Position numbers and translations under genes: made by a program | The notes under the pieces: generated by a model | What the model was told of the DNA's origin: nothing | Seen by the model: only the letters and a program-made list of their open reading frames with translations | Databases searched by the model: none | In this document: piece after piece, positions 62,087-64,000 of the stretch | How the letters are laid out: the number at the start of each line of letters is the position of its first letter | How positions within the stretch are numbered: position 1 is the stretch's first letter | Assembly: GCA_008632985.1 (NCBI GenBank) | Contig: QPGO01000012.1 | Span: 682,001-746,000 of the forward strand | Source: Psammoneis japonica | Taxonomy: Eukaryota | Direction of reading: 5' to 3' | DNA: 64,000 bases

Positions 62087-63184
62087 ATGAAAACCACCTA
62101 CAATCTCTTTGTCCTCTCCACCCTCCTTGGGATCGGAGCTCATGGCGTTACTGCCAACGTAGAGCCAACATGTGGTGAACCTCCATACAACAAACGAAAG
62201 GACAGGGCCGTTTTTCTCTGGCGAAAGTGCTTTTCTTCCGAGTGGTACTTGGAAGCCGCTGGAGGTAAACTACCTGTGTCAGTCACTGCCAACTTGGTGG
62301 CTGATGCATCCGACATTGCTATCAACAAAAAGGCCGTCGGGGTTGAGTTGAACAAGGACTTCACAATCAATGTCCCAAAGAAAAAGAAAGATGGCTTCAA
62401 ATTCATCGTCAAGGATGATGGGAGTGGATGTTTGACTGTCAAGACGCCTGAAGACATCCCCCTGTATGTTGGTAAGAACCGCGTGGCGCTTCCTACCAAA
62501 TCCATCAGTGTCCCCGGCTTGAGGCCATGCGATGGACCGATTCTCGAATACCGTTTTGATACTTCTCGCACCCTTTTCAAGGACACGGGAGCAAATGGAT
62601 GGGACGGCACAACTGCACCAGGAAGAGGCAGGATATCATACACCACTTTGGGTCATTCCAGGTATGGAGCCAGCTTTGATGGGAGGAACGATCAGATGGT
62701 CATCCAAGAAGCCAAAGACCTAAGCATGGACAAGTATACCATGATGGCATGGGTTCGCTACTCTCAAACTACAAATGCTGAATTTGCCTATGTGATTGCT
62801 CTAAAAACGTCAGCCATTTGGCTCACCATCAACAAGGAATCCCGCACTGTCAGATTCGGGGGCTTTTTCGGCGGTTGTGCTCGGAAGAACCTTACGTTGC
62901 TAAAAGGTACCAAACCAGTTCCAACAGAGTCCTGGACCCACATTGCTGCAACCAACGATGGCGATTCATTGAAGGTCTATATCAATGGAGAACTGGACTC
63001 AGAAATTGATCTCGTAACTAAAGGAACCTATTGTTCCAACAAGGCACCGCTTAACATTGGCTCCTATTTGGGAGAGAAGCAAGCGGAAGATAGAAATTTC
63101 TTTCGTGGATACATGGACACTTTCCGCGTCTACGATAAGGATCTTGGTCAAGACGAAATCCGTTCCGAGATGTTCCGTCACTAG
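62087..63184 (+). CDS. secreted protein with a C-terminal LamG-like/concanavalin A jelly-roll domain
   Basis: Signal peptide MKTTYNLFVLSTLLGIGAHG; 'GASFDG', 'YTMMAWV', 'WTHIAATNDGDSLKVYING', 'LNIG...FFRGYMDTFRVYDKDL'. Confidence 0.88.
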   Translation: MKTTYNLFVLSTLLGIGAHGVTANVEPTCGEPPYNKRKDRAVFLWRKCFSSEWYLEAAGGKLPVSVTANLVADASDIAINKKAVGVELNKDFTINVPKKKKDGFKFIVKDDGSGCLTVKTPEDIPLYVGKNRVALPTKSISVPGLRPCDGPILEYRFDTSRTLFKDTGANGWDGTTAPGRGRISYTTLGHSRYGASFDGRNDQMVIQEAKDLSMDKYTMMAWVRYSQTTNAEFAYVIALKTSAIWLTINKESRTVRFGGFFGGCARKNLTLLKGTKPVPTESWTHIAATNDGDSLKVYINGELDSEIDLVTKGTYCSNKAPLNIGSYLGEKQAEDRNFFRGYMDTFRVYDKDLGQDEIRSEMFRH

Positions 63185-64000
63185 TTTGTGAAGAGGTTGA
63201 TCCGAGCAATGTGAAAGCGGCAGACAAGCCTACCTCAGTCGATCCCGAAGCTTGAAGACCCCCATGTGTTTCGCTAGTTGTTAAGTCTTTAGTAAACCTT
63301 TCTTTTGTCATCACCTGAAGCTACCATCTTACCGGCATTGTACAAGTATCCTCATTCTTATGGGGTGGCGTGTGGCGCACCGGGTAACGACACACTGACA
63401 GTCTAACTAGCCCCTGTGAAGGTTTTGAGTTTTCGGCGCTTCAGCAATTTTGCGTGTCTCCAAGTTCTCGCTGTTTGATGCATGAACCATTCCAAAGTCC
63501 AAAGCACGAGGTCTGACTTGGTTCAGTTTAGACACTGCCACAAATCTGCTGAAAGTGAGTCAGTTCTACACTGTGACTGTGGCATGTTTGAAGTGTGCAC
63601 AAGCAGAGTGTTGCGTGTGTGGCAGTCGGGACTTGGTTGGGCACACTTGATGCAGCTCCAACAAATCAACGGTTGGTTGCACCATTTGTTTGTCATGCAT
63701 TCTCTGTTCACACTGTCATTGCAAGCAAGTCCCTTGCAGTGTTGGTTGTTCTGGCACATTGTCAAAGAACAATCACCTTTCTCTCGTCATGATTGAAAAA
63801 GAAGAGGTGTGACCAAAGCAACAAGAGTTGCAAAAAAATCACCAAAAGGCCTGTTCCAGCCCCAGGTGATCTGCAATCCATCATGCAAGAGGCCAATTTT
63901 CTGCACAGTTTAGCACATTAAACTCCTTCAAATTTGTGATGGTTCTGAAAATCAAAAAGTGAGCGCACATGAAAAAAAAAGTTTTTGTGTGCACTCACCT

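Noticed and set aside
1..64000. Classical RIP or CpG deamination as the sole cause of the TG/CA excess
   Set aside because: RIP raises TpA, whereas here it is depleted. CpG decay does occur but cannot explain Tyr->Cys/His or TA->TG/CA changes polarised by the intact DDX41.
1..64000. tRNA or rRNA genes, and a deaminase gene that could encode the mutator
   Set aside because: None was recognised. I saw no convincing HxE...PCxxC deaminase ORF, and nothing links the local SAM methyltransferase to the process.

Overview
Eukaryotic DNA, probably from a diatom or other stramenopile (inferred from short GT-AG introns with CTAAC branch points, dense genes and the gene families present). The window alternates between two kinds of domain. 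(1) Gene islands with normal TpA content: a SAM methyltransferase, DDX41/abstrakt, two nuclease-fold/kinase genes, a sulfotransferase, a cyclophilin-like protein, a 6-exon membrane protein and a secreted LamG protein. (2) Repeat or degenerate blocks holding a DIRS/tyrosine-recombinase retrotransposon, a full-length Copia element, a TRIM, several MITEs, CRE-like LINE ends, a large TIR-bounded segment carrying a Crinkler-like NTPase-nuclease gene, and dead gene fragments. The main finding is that the repeat blocks have lost almost all TpA dinucleotides through TpA->TpG/CpA (A:T->G:C) changes on both strands. Conserved Tyr codons read as Cys or His, twin LTRs differ by TA/CA/TG swaps, and a duplicated DDX41 fragment is converted while the gene is not. 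Young MITEs inside converted DNA keep their TpA. This resembles a repeat-targeted hypermutation process running opposite to fungal RIP; I am not aware of a description of it. A second finding is a degenerate C5 DNA-methyltransferase-like domain upstream of RT in the DIRS element. All alignments were done by eye and no database searches were run.
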